Of a stretch of 64,000 bases of DNA, positions 1-8,930 are shown piece after piece; the stretch's first letter is position 1; the number at the start of each line of letters is the position of its first letter. A program made the translations under genes and the position numbers. The notes under the pieces are model-generated. The model had not been told where the DNA came from, did no database searches, and worked only from the letters and a program-made list of their open reading frames with translations. The DNA comes from Candidatus Adlerbacteria bacterium (GTDB lineage Bacteria; Patescibacteriota; Minisyncoccia; Phycocordibacterales; SBAW01). The stretch spans positions 229,033-293,032 of the forward strand of contig CAVVLG010000002.1 of NCBI GenBank assembly GCA_963749085.1, given 5' to 3'.

Positions 1-306
1 GTGATCATCGTCCTCTCTCTCGTGCAGCTCGGGGTGTGGTATCTGTTCCAATTGTGGCTTATGAAGTTTTACAAGGAAAAGGACCTATGGGACTGGCTCC
101 TGAGAGCCACCTTGGTTCCTGAATTTTTATACAGCTACCTCATGACCCTGGCACTTCTCGGCGCCTATCTCTTTTTCTGTTTTAACGTCCTTACCCGTAC
201 CCTGGGTATGAAGAGTAGATCATCCGGCAGGCGACTGCTGAAGATTGGTACCCTAGCGTTTCGCGCCTGTGGCTATACCGAGGGTTGGGGCACCCGCGCA
301 CAGTAA
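1..306 (+). CDS. 3' part of a membrane protein gene that starts upstream of the window
   Basis: The ORF runs in from the window edge. The translation is hydrophobic with TM-like segments and has no recognisable catalytic motif. Confidence 0.3.
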   Translation: MIIVLSLVQLGVWYLFQLWLMKFYKEKDLWDWLLRATLVPEFLYSYLMTLALLGAYLFFCFNVLTRTLGMKSRSSGRRLLKIGTLAFRACGYTEGWGTRAQ

Positions 307-310
307 TGCT

Positions 311-517
311 ATGTTCAACGGCACCACAGCACTCGGAACTTCAATACTCCCTTTGGGAATGTTTGCGGGCTTCTTGCTCTTGCATTCAGGAAATTTTTGG
401 ATGGCAGTCTGTTTTTTAGTGCTCACCGGCATCTCTTTTTTCATCACCATGACTACCCTGTGCCGCTACTTCATCAACTATCGACGCAATAGGGATGCAG
501 TAACGAAGCGGGTATAG
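311..517 (+). CDS. small membrane protein (68 aa)
   Basis: ATG at 311. Two hydrophobic helices. No homology recognised. Confidence 0.25.
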   Translation: MFNGTTALGTSILPLGMFAGFLLLHSGNFWMAVCFLVLTGISFFITMTTLCRYFINYRRNRDAVTKRV

Positions 518-543
518 CGTGCAGTGGAACCCCAAGTCTTTGG

Positions 544-756
544 TTAGTCTTTGAGCATGCGCCACACAAAAAAGGAGACCATCGACACGATGAAGCTCAG
601 CGCACCGAAAGTATCCTCGCGAGGCCAGGGAGCAAAGTGCGTGAGTGGCAGCGAGAGGGTCCACATATGAAACTCCGAGTTCAAGACGATGTAGAACCAC
701 CCGGCAAAACCGAACACACATAACGTCAGCGCAAGGTTTTGTATACACTTCTTCAT
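544..756 (-). CDS. small membrane protein (70 aa)
   Basis: Hydrophobic 70-aa ORF. It sits just downstream of the GH5 gene on the same strand. Confidence 0.25.
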   Translation of the reverse strand: MKKCIQNLALTLCVFGFAGWFYIVLNSEFHMWTLSLPLTHFAPWPREDTFGALSFIVSMVSFFVWRMLKD

Positions 757-759
757 GAG

Positions 760-2130
760 CTACTGCAGTGTACTACGTGACGCGATGGCCTGCATCAGCG
801 CTTGATACGCGGGCTTCTGCGAGCCGTCGTAGCGCAGAATGCCGAAGAAGTTTTCGTTGGTGCTCATACTCGTACCCAAATCTTGATAGCTGTAAATAAA
901 AATCGGGCCCGCCCAGGCATACCCGCCCGCCAGAGTGATCGCGGCGGCTATCATTTGAGCTTGCAGAGCCTCGGTGACATGGTCGGGACTCCCCATAAAG
1001 AACGTGTCGCTCGTGCTACTCTCGAGCGCTCCGGGACCCCCGGTGGGCGCCCCGTACTCGGTCATCCATATCTGTTTGTTGCCGTCGCCGTTCGCGATCA
1101 TAACGCTACGCAAACTGGGGTTCGTTTGAGCCATCTGCTGCCATGCGTTCCACTGTGCCGGATAGCCGGGCATCGCGGGATACGAGTACGGATGAAAACC
1201 GACTGCATCGAAGTTGCCCCCTGCCCCATCGGCATAGAGCGCCCCAAGAAAATCAATGGGCGCAATATTGCGACCGTCAGTGGCTTCCGGAGCAAGTCCG
1301 CCGGTGATAACTATCGCGGAAGGATCAGCATTTTTTATCGCCGGATAGGCAGCCTTAAGTAGTTGGGTGTACGCTTGCGCATTTGCCGCCGGCTCCCAAA
1401 AACCAGCATTATTGGGTTCGTTCCATATCTCCCACGTATGGAGACCTTGTGGGGCGAAGTGGTCAACCACTGCCGTTGCAAACTGTGCAAATTGCGAGTC
1501 TTCAGCCGGAGGGCATCTCATTGAAGTGCACCCGCTGATCGCGGCCCACATCGGGGCATACCCCAGAAGACCAAGGATTTGTATGTGCCGCGCATTCGCT
1601 GCCGCAACTATCCGATCATAATTGCCCCAATAATAATGGGCGCTATTGCGTGGTTGTATCGTGCTCCAGTCAAAATCTATTCGTATCCCACCAACCCCGA
1701 GCGAGGCAATGGTATCTAACTCCGCAGTAAGCTCTGCGTTATCAAGCCCAAGAAGCGTACTGCCGAGAGCAAATCCGTAGTCGTCACTCACCGTACTCTC
1801 CGTGCTCGTAGGAGCCAGTACTTGGGAGGGCGCTGCGGCTGGGATCTGCGCAAGTGCAGCCGGAGGCACTACGGCTGGGGTCTGTGCAGGTGAGGGCGCT
1901 GGGGCCGAGATCTGCTGCGGCGCAGCGGGGGGCGCTGCCGGGATCTGCTGCACAGCAGAGGATATAACCGCAGGAGGCGTGTAGGTTTCGGCTGGCTGCA
2001 TGGCATCGGGGGGGTTGGCGTGGGCTGCGGCGACTGCCAGTCCTATAACCAGTAATGCTATGAACACAAAGCCGAGCGTAAGTCTATAGCGCTCCTTGTT
2101 CCCACGCCGTGAAGCACTTTGCATGAACAT
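760..2130 (-). CDS. membrane-anchored glycoside hydrolase, GH5 (cellulase-like) family
   Basis: N-terminal TM anchor (LTLGFVFIALLVIGLAVAAA), then a Pro/Ala-rich linker (PAAPPAAPQQISAPAPSPAQTPAVVPPAA), then a catalytic domain with the GH5 acid/base signature WEIWNEPN and the segment DFDWSTIQP. Start taken at MFMQSASRR (2130) rather than the longest ORF. Confidence 0.7.
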   Translation of the reverse strand: MFMQSASRRGNKERYRLTLGFVFIALLVIGLAVAAAHANPPDAMQPAETYTPPAVISSAVQQIPAAPPAAPQQISAPAPSPAQTPAVVPPAALAQIPAAAPSQVLAPTSTESTVSDDYGFALGSTLLGLDNAELTAELDTIASLGVGGIRIDFDWSTIQPRNSAHYYWGNYDRIVAAANARHIQILGLLGYAPMWAAISGCTSMRCPPAEDSQFAQFATAVVDHFAPQGLHTWEIWNEPNNAGFWEPAANAQAYTQLLKAAYPAIKNADPSAIVITGGLAPEATDGRNIAPIDFLGALYADGAGGNFDAVGFHPYSYPAMPGYPAQWNAWQQMAQTNPSLRSVMIANGDGNKQIWMTEYGAPTGGPGALESSTSDTFFMGSPDHVTEALQAQMIAAAITLAGGYAWAGPIFIYSYQDLGTSMSTNENFFGILRYDGSQKPAYQALMQAIASRSTLQ

Positions 2131-2184
2131 GTGAATGCCAGTATAGTTCCACCGTCTAGAATTTGGAAGGGACGGCCTACCATA

Positions 2185-4338
2185 ATGCTTACGCGCGTCA
2201 TACAACATCTGCACCGGGACACCCTTTTGCGCAATTCGATCTATTTGATGCTTGCCACAGCGACCATGGCCGGTTTTGGCTTCTTTTTTTGGCTCATCAA
2301 TGCGCGACTTTTTTCGATCGAAAATGTCGGTTTAGCCACGACGCTCATTTCGGTCATGACGTTAATAGCCACGCTGAGTCTCATCGGATTTAATGCTGCG
2401 TTCGTTCGTTTTCTGCCGAAATCCTCCACCAAGAACGAGCACATGAACACGGGCCTCCTGATGGTAAGCATTGCATCAATCGTATTGGCAGTAGTGTTTA
2501 TTGCCTTCGTCAGGTTTATCTCGCCGCAACTGAGCGTTGTAGAGGAGAATCCGTGGTATGCGCTTATCTTCGTCGTTGCCTGCGTCATGACCGCACTGAA
2601 TATTCTGACTGACTCTATTTTCTTGGCGAACAAGCAGGCGAAGTTCACCCTTATCATCGACGCCCTGTTCAGCCTCTTTAAGATGCTCGCCCCGTTCGCG
2701 TTCATTGGCTTCGGGGCTATAGGTATTTTTACCGCGGCGGCGCTGGCGCAAACACTCGGTACCATCCTCAGCATCGCGGCGATGATCAAGTGGTTTCAGT
2801 ACCGGCCGAAGTTTGTCATCACGCCGGGTGTACTGCAGGGCATCTGGCGCTATTGCGCCGCCAATTACCTCGCCGGGGTGTTTAATCTCTTGCCGGTCAC
2901 GCTGCTCCCGATCATTATCATCAACCATCTGGGGGCCGCATCGGCCGCCTATTATTACATTGCCATGATGATAGCCACCCTGCTCTATGAGATACCGTAC
3001 GCAACCACCAAGTCCCTCTTTGCCGAGGGTTCCCACAACGAGGCATCGCTTAGTGCGAATGCCAAAAAATCGATTCAGATGATCGCACTGCTCTTAATAC
3101 CCGCCACACTGATTCTCTTTGTAGGCAGCGGGGAGCTCTTGCGTATCTTCGGGAGCGCCTACGAGGGCGGCGGTAGCACCTTTTTGCGTCTGCTGGTGGT
3201 GGCGGGCGTCGCCGTGAGCGCCTACTCGCTTACTAACGCTCTCTTCCAGGTCAAAAAGGATTCCCGAGCCATCATTATCGTCAATGTCTGCTACGCCCTT
3301 TCCATCCTCGCCCTCAGCTATCTCCTGCTGCCCTGGGGGTTAACCGGCATCGGCATTGCCTGGATAAGCGGGAATCTTTTCGCCGCCCTCGTCGGCTATG
3401 CACTTGATCGTTGGCAACCGTATGTGGTGGAAGCCGTCGATGCCACAACCCACAATAGGCTCGCTATGCTGCGCTTTAAGCTTCGCTATATGCTGGCGTT
3501 GGTGAGAAACGGCTTCAAACGCAACACCATCCTGTTCTATCCAGATAGCCCCCAGGTGTGGCATATCCTCTATCGGATGTGCCACTCTCTCGGATACCGG
3601 ATATCCAACGATCCGGAGTCCCCCTTTGACCTCGCGATAGCCTTCTGCGACACGACCACAAGGAAAAATGATGCGACGCTACAGCATCTGTCCTTGAAGC
3701 ATACGGTCGTAAACCTTCGCTGCGCTGATATCAGCAAGGAGCATGTTGAAGAAGTATTTACCGAAGTCTTTGGGTATGGGATGTCCATTGACCCACGCAC
3801 GTACCCCGGTCCCTATGTCAAAAAGTCAAATCTCAATAGCACGCATGACGGCACCATTCTACAGGGTCGCTCAGAGCCCAAGGAGGGGTATATCTACCAA
3901 AAGCTCGTCAACAACAGCGCGGGTGACGGCACGTTTAAAGACATCAGGGTCCACATATTTAAGGATCAGATACCGTTTGTGCTTTATCGGTATAAAAGCG
4001 CCACTGACCGCTTTGACGACAATCTTAGAGCCGAATGGGTCGACACCGACAAAGCGCTCAGCCAGGAGGAGCAAAGACAGATCATCCGTTTTTGCCACAC
4101 GTTCGGGCTTGACTACGGCGAGCTCGACGTCCTGCGCGATGCGGATGACGGCAAACTCTATATTGTCGATGCCAACAATACCCCGACCGGCCCGCGCCCG
4201 GGAGTACAGGTAAGCAAAGCGTTCTACCGAGTTTTTTTACACACTCTCTCTCAAACCTTTGCCTCTGAATTCATGGAAGAAAAGCGCCTAGTTATTCAGC
4301 GCAGCGTGGCACACGGCGCTGATACGTCCGGCAACTGA
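2185..4338 (+). CDS. fusion protein: Wzx-like polysaccharide flippase (MOP superfamily, about 12 TMS) with a C-terminal ATP-grasp ligase domain
   Basis: N-terminal about 420 aa are polytopic and typical of O-antigen/polysaccharide flippases. C-terminal about 280 aa carry an ATP-grasp signature (IRVHIFKDQIPFVLYRYKS ... GLDYGELDVLRDADDGKLYIVDANNTPTGP). Start at MLTRVIQHL (2185), divergent from the GH5 gene. Confidence 0.6.
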   Translation: MLTRVIQHLHRDTLLRNSIYLMLATATMAGFGFFFWLINARLFSIENVGLATTLISVMTLIATLSLIGFNAAFVRFLPKSSTKNEHMNTGLLMVSIASIVLAVVFIAFVRFISPQLSVVEENPWYALIFVVACVMTALNILTDSIFLANKQAKFTLIIDALFSLFKMLAPFAFIGFGAIGIFTAAALAQTLGTILSIAAMIKWFQYRPKFVITPGVLQGIWRYCAANYLAGVFNLLPVTLLPIIIINHLGAASAAYYYIAMMIATLLYEIPYATTKSLFAEGSHNEASLSANAKKSIQMIALLLIPATLILFVGSGELLRIFGSAYEGGGSTFLRLLVVAGVAVSAYSLTNALFQVKKDSRAIIIVNVCYALSILALSYLLLPWGLTGIGIAWISGNLFAALVGYALDRWQPYVVEAVDATTHNRLAMLRFKLRYMLALVRNGFKRNTILFYPDSPQVWHILYRMCHSLGYRISNDPESPFDLAIAFCDTTTRKNDATLQHLSLKHTVVNLRCADISKEHVEEVFTEVFGYGMSIDPRTYPGPYVKKSNLNSTHDGTILQGRSEPKEGYIYQKLVNNSAGDGTFKDIRVHIFKDQIPFVLYRYKSATDRFDDNLRAEWVDTDKALSQEEQRQIIRFCHTFGLDYGELDVLRDADDGKLYIVDANNTPTGPRPGVQVSKAFYRVFLHTLSQTFASEFMEEKRLVIQRSVAHGADTSGN

Positions 4339-5448
4339 CTCCCAGGTGTGTCCTTTCTTGATAAAGGCGCGACCCCGCTCCCCCAACGCATGGCGTTCTT
4401 CTTCGTTATCAATGAGCGCGACGAGTACACGTGCAAGCGCTCGTGGCGACTCCGGCTTAACATACGCAACCGCAGCGCCAAACTCCTCGCGTATGCCGCC
4501 TATGTCAGAGACGACGACCGGCTTAGCGCAGGCAAGGTACTCGTACACTTTAAACGGGGACGTGGCATACGCTCGAACTCTCGTCGGGTAACAGAGACAT
4601 ATATCGACAGCTTGTATATACCGCGGAATGAGGGCGTGCGGAACGGCCGGGCGTAGCTCGATTGATGCGTGTAACTGATTCTGTCTCACAAAGGAGGATA
4701 TGTAGTCATACTCTTTCCCACTACCGACGATAAGAAATTTGCTTTGGGGGCGCTCCCGCAGCACCAACTGTGCCGCCTTTAGGATATACCGCAACCCCTG
4801 CCAGGGATAAAAGCTCCCGATATAGGCTATATACACTCCGGAGCCAAGGCCAACAACGTGGCGGGCACTGGCAGACGTGCCAGGCTGAAAAATAGCTGTA
4901 TCGACGCCATTGTGCACGATGGTTATCGTGGCGGGATCTATCGCGTAGTGCTTAAGTGCGTACGCTTTAATCCCGGGTGCAACCACAATAATTTGTGCCG
5001 CAGATCTGAGGATGAGCGACTCTATCATCTTGAGCACTCCCAGAGTAAGCAGCGCACGACCAATAATGGAGTGAAAGTTTTGCTCCGCTTCGTCCAGCAG
5101 TTTACCATTCATCTCAAGGACGAGAGGAATGCGTGAGAACCTGCTAATGAGGACGGGCACAAACAGCAGGTGGTTGTTTCGCACGTAGATAATGTCCGGT
5201 CTATGGTGGAAGATATCGCGCCGTAGGATAAAAAAGACTCGTACTTGGAACCATACCGAAATCAAAAAACGCGGTGTCGTAATGGACTTCAATCGGTAGC
5301 CGTGAGGCGAGGAGAAGGTGTCCGTCTTCGGCGCATAGAGGGTTACCGCATGCCCAAGAGAAGCCAGCTGTTTGCAAATCTCATCTATATGAATCGTCTC
5401 TACCGAGCTATCATCGAGTATTTCGTTGGTGATGTAATAAATAGTCAT
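4288..5448 (-). CDS. glycosyltransferase family 4 (GT-B fold)
   Basis: C-terminal GT4 motif SPFKVYEYLACAKPVVVSDIGGIREEF (E-x7-E). 386 aa. Its 3' end overlaps the flippase gene 3' end convergently by 51 bp. Confidence 0.75.
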   Translation of the reverse strand: MTIYYITNEILDDSSVETIHIDEICKQLASLGHAVTLYAPKTDTFSSPHGYRLKSITTPRFLISVWFQVRVFFILRRDIFHHRPDIIYVRNNHLLFVPVLISRFSRIPLVLEMNGKLLDEAEQNFHSIIGRALLTLGVLKMIESLILRSAAQIIVVAPGIKAYALKHYAIDPATITIVHNGVDTAIFQPGTSASARHVVGLGSGVYIAYIGSFYPWQGLRYILKAAQLVLRERPQSKFLIVGSGKEYDYISSFVRQNQLHASIELRPAVPHALIPRYIQAVDICLCYPTRVRAYATSPFKVYEYLACAKPVVVSDIGGIREEFGAAVAYVKPESPRALARVLVALIDNEEERHALGERGRAFIKKGHTWESVAGRISAVCHAALNN

Positions 5449-5454
5449 AGCTTC

Positions 5455-7818
5455 TTATCGGTACACGAGCGCACTTCCGTTGTCGTAAATCCGATTTTTA
5501 TTGTCATCAAGAAAGGCCAGCGGGTAGGTATACGAGATATTGTCTCCCTCATAAAAGAGGGACACCGCGTGATTTCGAACGTCAGAAAAACCCAAATAGA
5601 CATACGAGTCTAGTTGGACCACCCCGGGGTAGATATCGTTACTAAGGTTTGCGTCTGCAAAGGTGGAGAGATTCCGGGTCGAATAATAGTCACCCTGGAT
5701 CAGTATCTTGGAAGTGGAGAGCGTGTCTTTTTGTATCTCAGCCGCAAGCCAATCACTACTCGCCACATCAGTGGCATGGATGTAATAGAGCTGATAATAA
5801 TCGCCGGAATTATTGAGATGCAATTGGGCCCCGTATCCTCCCAGCAGTTGGGTAAAGACCCCGGTCGATGAGAGCAGGAACAGTACGGCAAGGATACCCG
5901 CCAATGTTATTCTCGTATCATTTGAAAGACCCACGAATACATACAGACTTCCGACGACGATAAAGATACTCAGAAACATGAGCGATTGCTGAAACGCCCG
6001 GAGCAATCCGTACTCGGTCGAGAGCACCGGCAAGACAAGTTGGGCAAACACAAATACGATGCTGCCGATTGATAAGATAACGTAGTCACTCGCAAGGGGT
6101 TTCCGAAGAAATCGACTGCTCAGGAGGAGTGCGGCAAAGCCAATGATGACCAGCAGTTGCAGTAACCTGGCTGATCCTTGCCGAACCGCAGTATTGAATG
6201 CCACTACATTGATACCCACCTGCTCCATACCGCGGCCAAGCGCGGTTAAGGGCATCACCGGATCGGCTATGACTTCAATGGGATAGTGCTCGTAGGTTGA
6301 TGCGGGATAATAGACCCCGGTAGGAGCGATCGCACGAAACGGTGCAATCACTAATTGGAGATACTGCGCAAAGAGCTGATCGGCATTTGAGGTATGCAAG
6401 GACAGCAAACTGTAACTGGTATCGCTTGATTGGGTGTCTTGTTTGACATTGCTTTTCATGACCGCAATCGTCTCATCAAACACTCGATACAAACTACCGG
6501 ATGCCGTATTGGTCAACGTACTGCTCCATACAAACGTGGCGAGGAGGAGGAGGGCGACCATCCACAGCACGATGCGCTTCTCATCCCTATAGAGTGAGGG
6601 CCGCAGCGCTGCCATCCCTGAGGAGGAAAAAAACTGTAATCGTGAACTGTATTTTTTTGAGAACCAGTGCACGAGAGGCTCGGTCAGTACTAACAGTATA
6701 AGGAGTCCCAGTACGATGTAGGTCGTACTGTAATGAGACAAAATCATACCTAACCCGAGACCGACAAACAGCAGCTGCCTCAACCGAAGCGGAATATCCG
6801 TTTCAAAAATGACATAGATCATAAGGATTAAAAAGAGAAAGGCGATCTCTTGCCTATTAATGAACGGCATATCGCCAAAAAAAGTTGGGAATCCGATGAA
6901 ATAGAGCACAGAAATAAACGCAAGGGTACTGGAGACGTATCGCCTCACCGTCAAATACAGCATACCCGGCAGGGTTGAAAACAGTAACTGGAAGAGCACT
7001 TTAAACACATAGGGATCAAACAAACTGAGCACATTACTAAAGATAGTGGGCAAAATGGTGATACTCAGGCATGCGTTATAGGCATTGCGATAATTGGCGA
7101 TAGACCAGATACCACTCGATGTGGTCAGTTGAAAGACGCTGTATTCTTGCTGAATATCATGACCGGTCGCATACCAGCCACGAAGCGAGGTCATGAGGAG
7201 GAGTGCCAATGACACAAAGAAAAGCGCTATAGGAATGACATTGGGACCGAGTCTCTCGCCCTGCCACACAAGCCACAGGCAATACACTCCTATGCCCATA
7301 AGCATAATGAGTGTCAGAACCCCGCTTGCTCCGTTGTTAAGCCGAATGGCACCGAAGATTGCCATGAGGACAAACGCGATGGGTGCCAAGGCAGTCAGGG
7401 CATCGCGGACACTCCCAAACACCCCGTAGCTCCTAAGCGAGATATGTACCTCTTCCTTAAACTCCCAGATAAACGCTATAAGGGCATTCACCAAAAAAGC
7501 AAACTCCACCAGAAGAGTGGGTCGATCAAGCGGTCGCACTATTCCCAATTGGGGGAGGAGCGTATTGCCTGCTAAGGCTACCAGCATGAGCTCAAGCACA
7601 CTGAAACCTATGGTCAAACCGACGTAGGCCCACAAAGGCAGTCCATTGAGCTCCAAGAGAATGATCGTTAATATTCCGGGGAGACCTATAAGAGTGATAA
7701 ACCCGACAATGTTTAGGACTTGAAATCCGTTGTATTGCGAGGCACTAAGGAATAAAAAAACACCTTCCCACAGCAAGGTATAGATGAGCAGTCTGTTTCG
7801 ATTGAGAGAGAGTCTCAT
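5455..7818 (-). CDS. large polytopic membrane protein (787 aa); possibly a GT-C-type glycosyltransferase or polymerase
   Basis: About 15 predicted TM helices over the N-terminal about 560 aa, then a soluble Tyr/Asn-rich C-terminal domain. Embedded in the glycosyltransferase operon with an ATGA overlap to the upstream GT4. No catalytic motif could be verified. Confidence 0.45.
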   Translation of the reverse strand: MRLSLNRNRLLIYTLLWEGVFLFLSASQYNGFQVLNIVGFITLIGLPGILTIILLELNGLPLWAYVGLTIGFSVLELMLVALAGNTLLPQLGIVRPLDRPTLLVEFAFLVNALIAFIWEFKEEVHISLRSYGVFGSVRDALTALAPIAFVLMAIFGAIRLNNGASGVLTLIMLMGIGVYCLWLVWQGERLGPNVIPIALFFVSLALLLMTSLRGWYATGHDIQQEYSVFQLTTSSGIWSIANYRNAYNACLSITILPTIFSNVLSLFDPYVFKVLFQLLFSTLPGMLYLTVRRYVSSTLAFISVLYFIGFPTFFGDMPFINRQEIAFLFLILMIYVIFETDIPLRLRQLLFVGLGLGMILSHYSTTYIVLGLLILLVLTEPLVHWFSKKYSSRLQFFSSSGMAALRPSLYRDEKRIVLWMVALLLLATFVWSSTLTNTASGSLYRVFDETIAVMKSNVKQDTQSSDTSYSLLSLHTSNADQLFAQYLQLVIAPFRAIAPTGVYYPASTYEHYPIEVIADPVMPLTALGRGMEQVGINVVAFNTAVRQGSARLLQLLVIIGFAALLLSSRFLRKPLASDYVILSIGSIVFVFAQLVLPVLSTEYGLLRAFQQSLMFLSIFIVVGSLYVFVGLSNDTRITLAGILAVLFLLSSTGVFTQLLGGYGAQLHLNNSGDYYQLYYIHATDVASSDWLAAEIQKDTLSTSKILIQGDYYSTRNLSTFADANLSNDIYPGVVQLDSYVYLGFSDVRNHAVSLFYEGDNISYTYPLAFLDDNKNRIYDNGSALVYR

Positions 7819-8930
7819 ACCACCTCCCTATAGACGTCTTCGAGTCTATCTATGACCGTGGGCCAGGAGTACTGCCGAGCTTTGTCCACACTTTTTTTAG
7901 AGAGTTCCTGTGCGAGGGAGTTACTTCGTGCCACTGCTTCTATGGCAGAGGCCAGATTGACCGGGGACGGGTCGGCCACGATACCGACCTCCTCGATAAG
8001 CTCGCGGATACCCGCTACGTTGGAGCCAATGACGGGCAACCCGGCCGCCATGGCCTCAAGCAGCACGAGCGGCATACCCTCAATGTCAGAGGGCAAGACA
8101 AACATATCGGCGCTGCGATAGTACTCGAGCAATGCGTCTCCATACTTTTTTCCCACGAACACAATATTTTTCAATCCCAGCTCTTTCGTGAGGCGCTGAA
8201 GCGCAGCGGCCTCTTCCCCATCGCCGACCAATGCAACCTCAACCGGCACGTTAAGCAGCGCCACGGCCTTGATAAGCCTATCGACACGCTTTTGTACGGA
8301 AAAACGACCAACGTATAAAATGCGCGACGGACTATTGAATGCGATTTTGGGCTCACGGGTAAAAAACTGGCTCCTGACCCCATTGGGAATAATGGCGATG
8401 TTGGACGTCGGTACGCGGTATTTTTTTTCAACGAGGAGTGACTGCTCGTCGGAGAATACAATCACTCGTGAGGCACCTCTGAGCAGTGGCCCCCAGAGGA
8501 TCTTTTTATACACCAGGAACAAAGGGCCAAAAAAACCGGAGGGTCCGACGTCAAGATGGAAGTGAACGATATAGGGAATGCTCCGAAGCCGTGACGTCAG
8601 CAGTACCATCTCTGGGTAGTACGCCTGGGAGAGATGCAGGTGCATGAGCGAGCGTGTAGGGAGTGTGAGTAAATGCCACGGCAGGGTCGGGGTCAGCGGG
8701 GTATGCGCAAATTCAACACTGCCCAGTGTTTTTACGGTAAGATGCTCTTGATGACTGCGGTCGCTGCCGACGCCACCTGACGTCAACACCAAGACCGGGT
8801 GACCACGTTTGGCAAGGTAGTGTGAAGTGGTGTGTACCACTTCTTCGAGCCCCCCCATATGAGGCGGGTAATAGGCGCTGACCTGGACGATGAGCGGTTC
8901 ATTGCTCATAGGCGCTGTCACGGAGCACAT
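7815..8930 (-). CDS. glycosyltransferase family 4
   Basis: GT4 motif EGMPLVLLEAMAAGLPVIGSNVAGIRELIE. Its stop forms an ATGA overlap with the downstream membrane-protein gene. The true start may be at MSNEPLIV (8909). Confidence 0.8.
   Translation of the reverse strand: MCSVTAPMSNEPLIVQVSAYYPPHMGGLEEVVHTTSHYLAKRGHPVLVLTSGGVGSDRSHQEHLTVKTLGSVEFAHTPLTPTLPWHLLTLPTRSLMHLHLSQAYYPEMVLLTSRLRSIPYIVHFHLDVGPSGFFGPLFLVYKKILWGPLLRGASRVIVFSDEQSLLVEKKYRVPTSNIAIIPNGVRSQFFTREPKIAFNSPSRILYVGRFSVQKRVDRLIKAVALLNVPVEVALVGDGEEAAALQRLTKELGLKNIVFVGKKYGDALLEYYRSADMFVLPSDIEGMPLVLLEAMAAGLPVIGSNVAGIRELIEEVGIVADPSPVNLASAIEAVARSNSLAQELSKKSVDKARQYSWPTVIDRLEDVYREVV

Noticed and set aside
2119-4338. Longest-ORF start (MHEHVNAS…) for the flippase::ATP-grasp gene
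   Set aside because: It would overlap the divergent GH5 gene start. The flippase-like hydrophobic N-terminus begins at MLTRVIQHL (2185), which I prefer.
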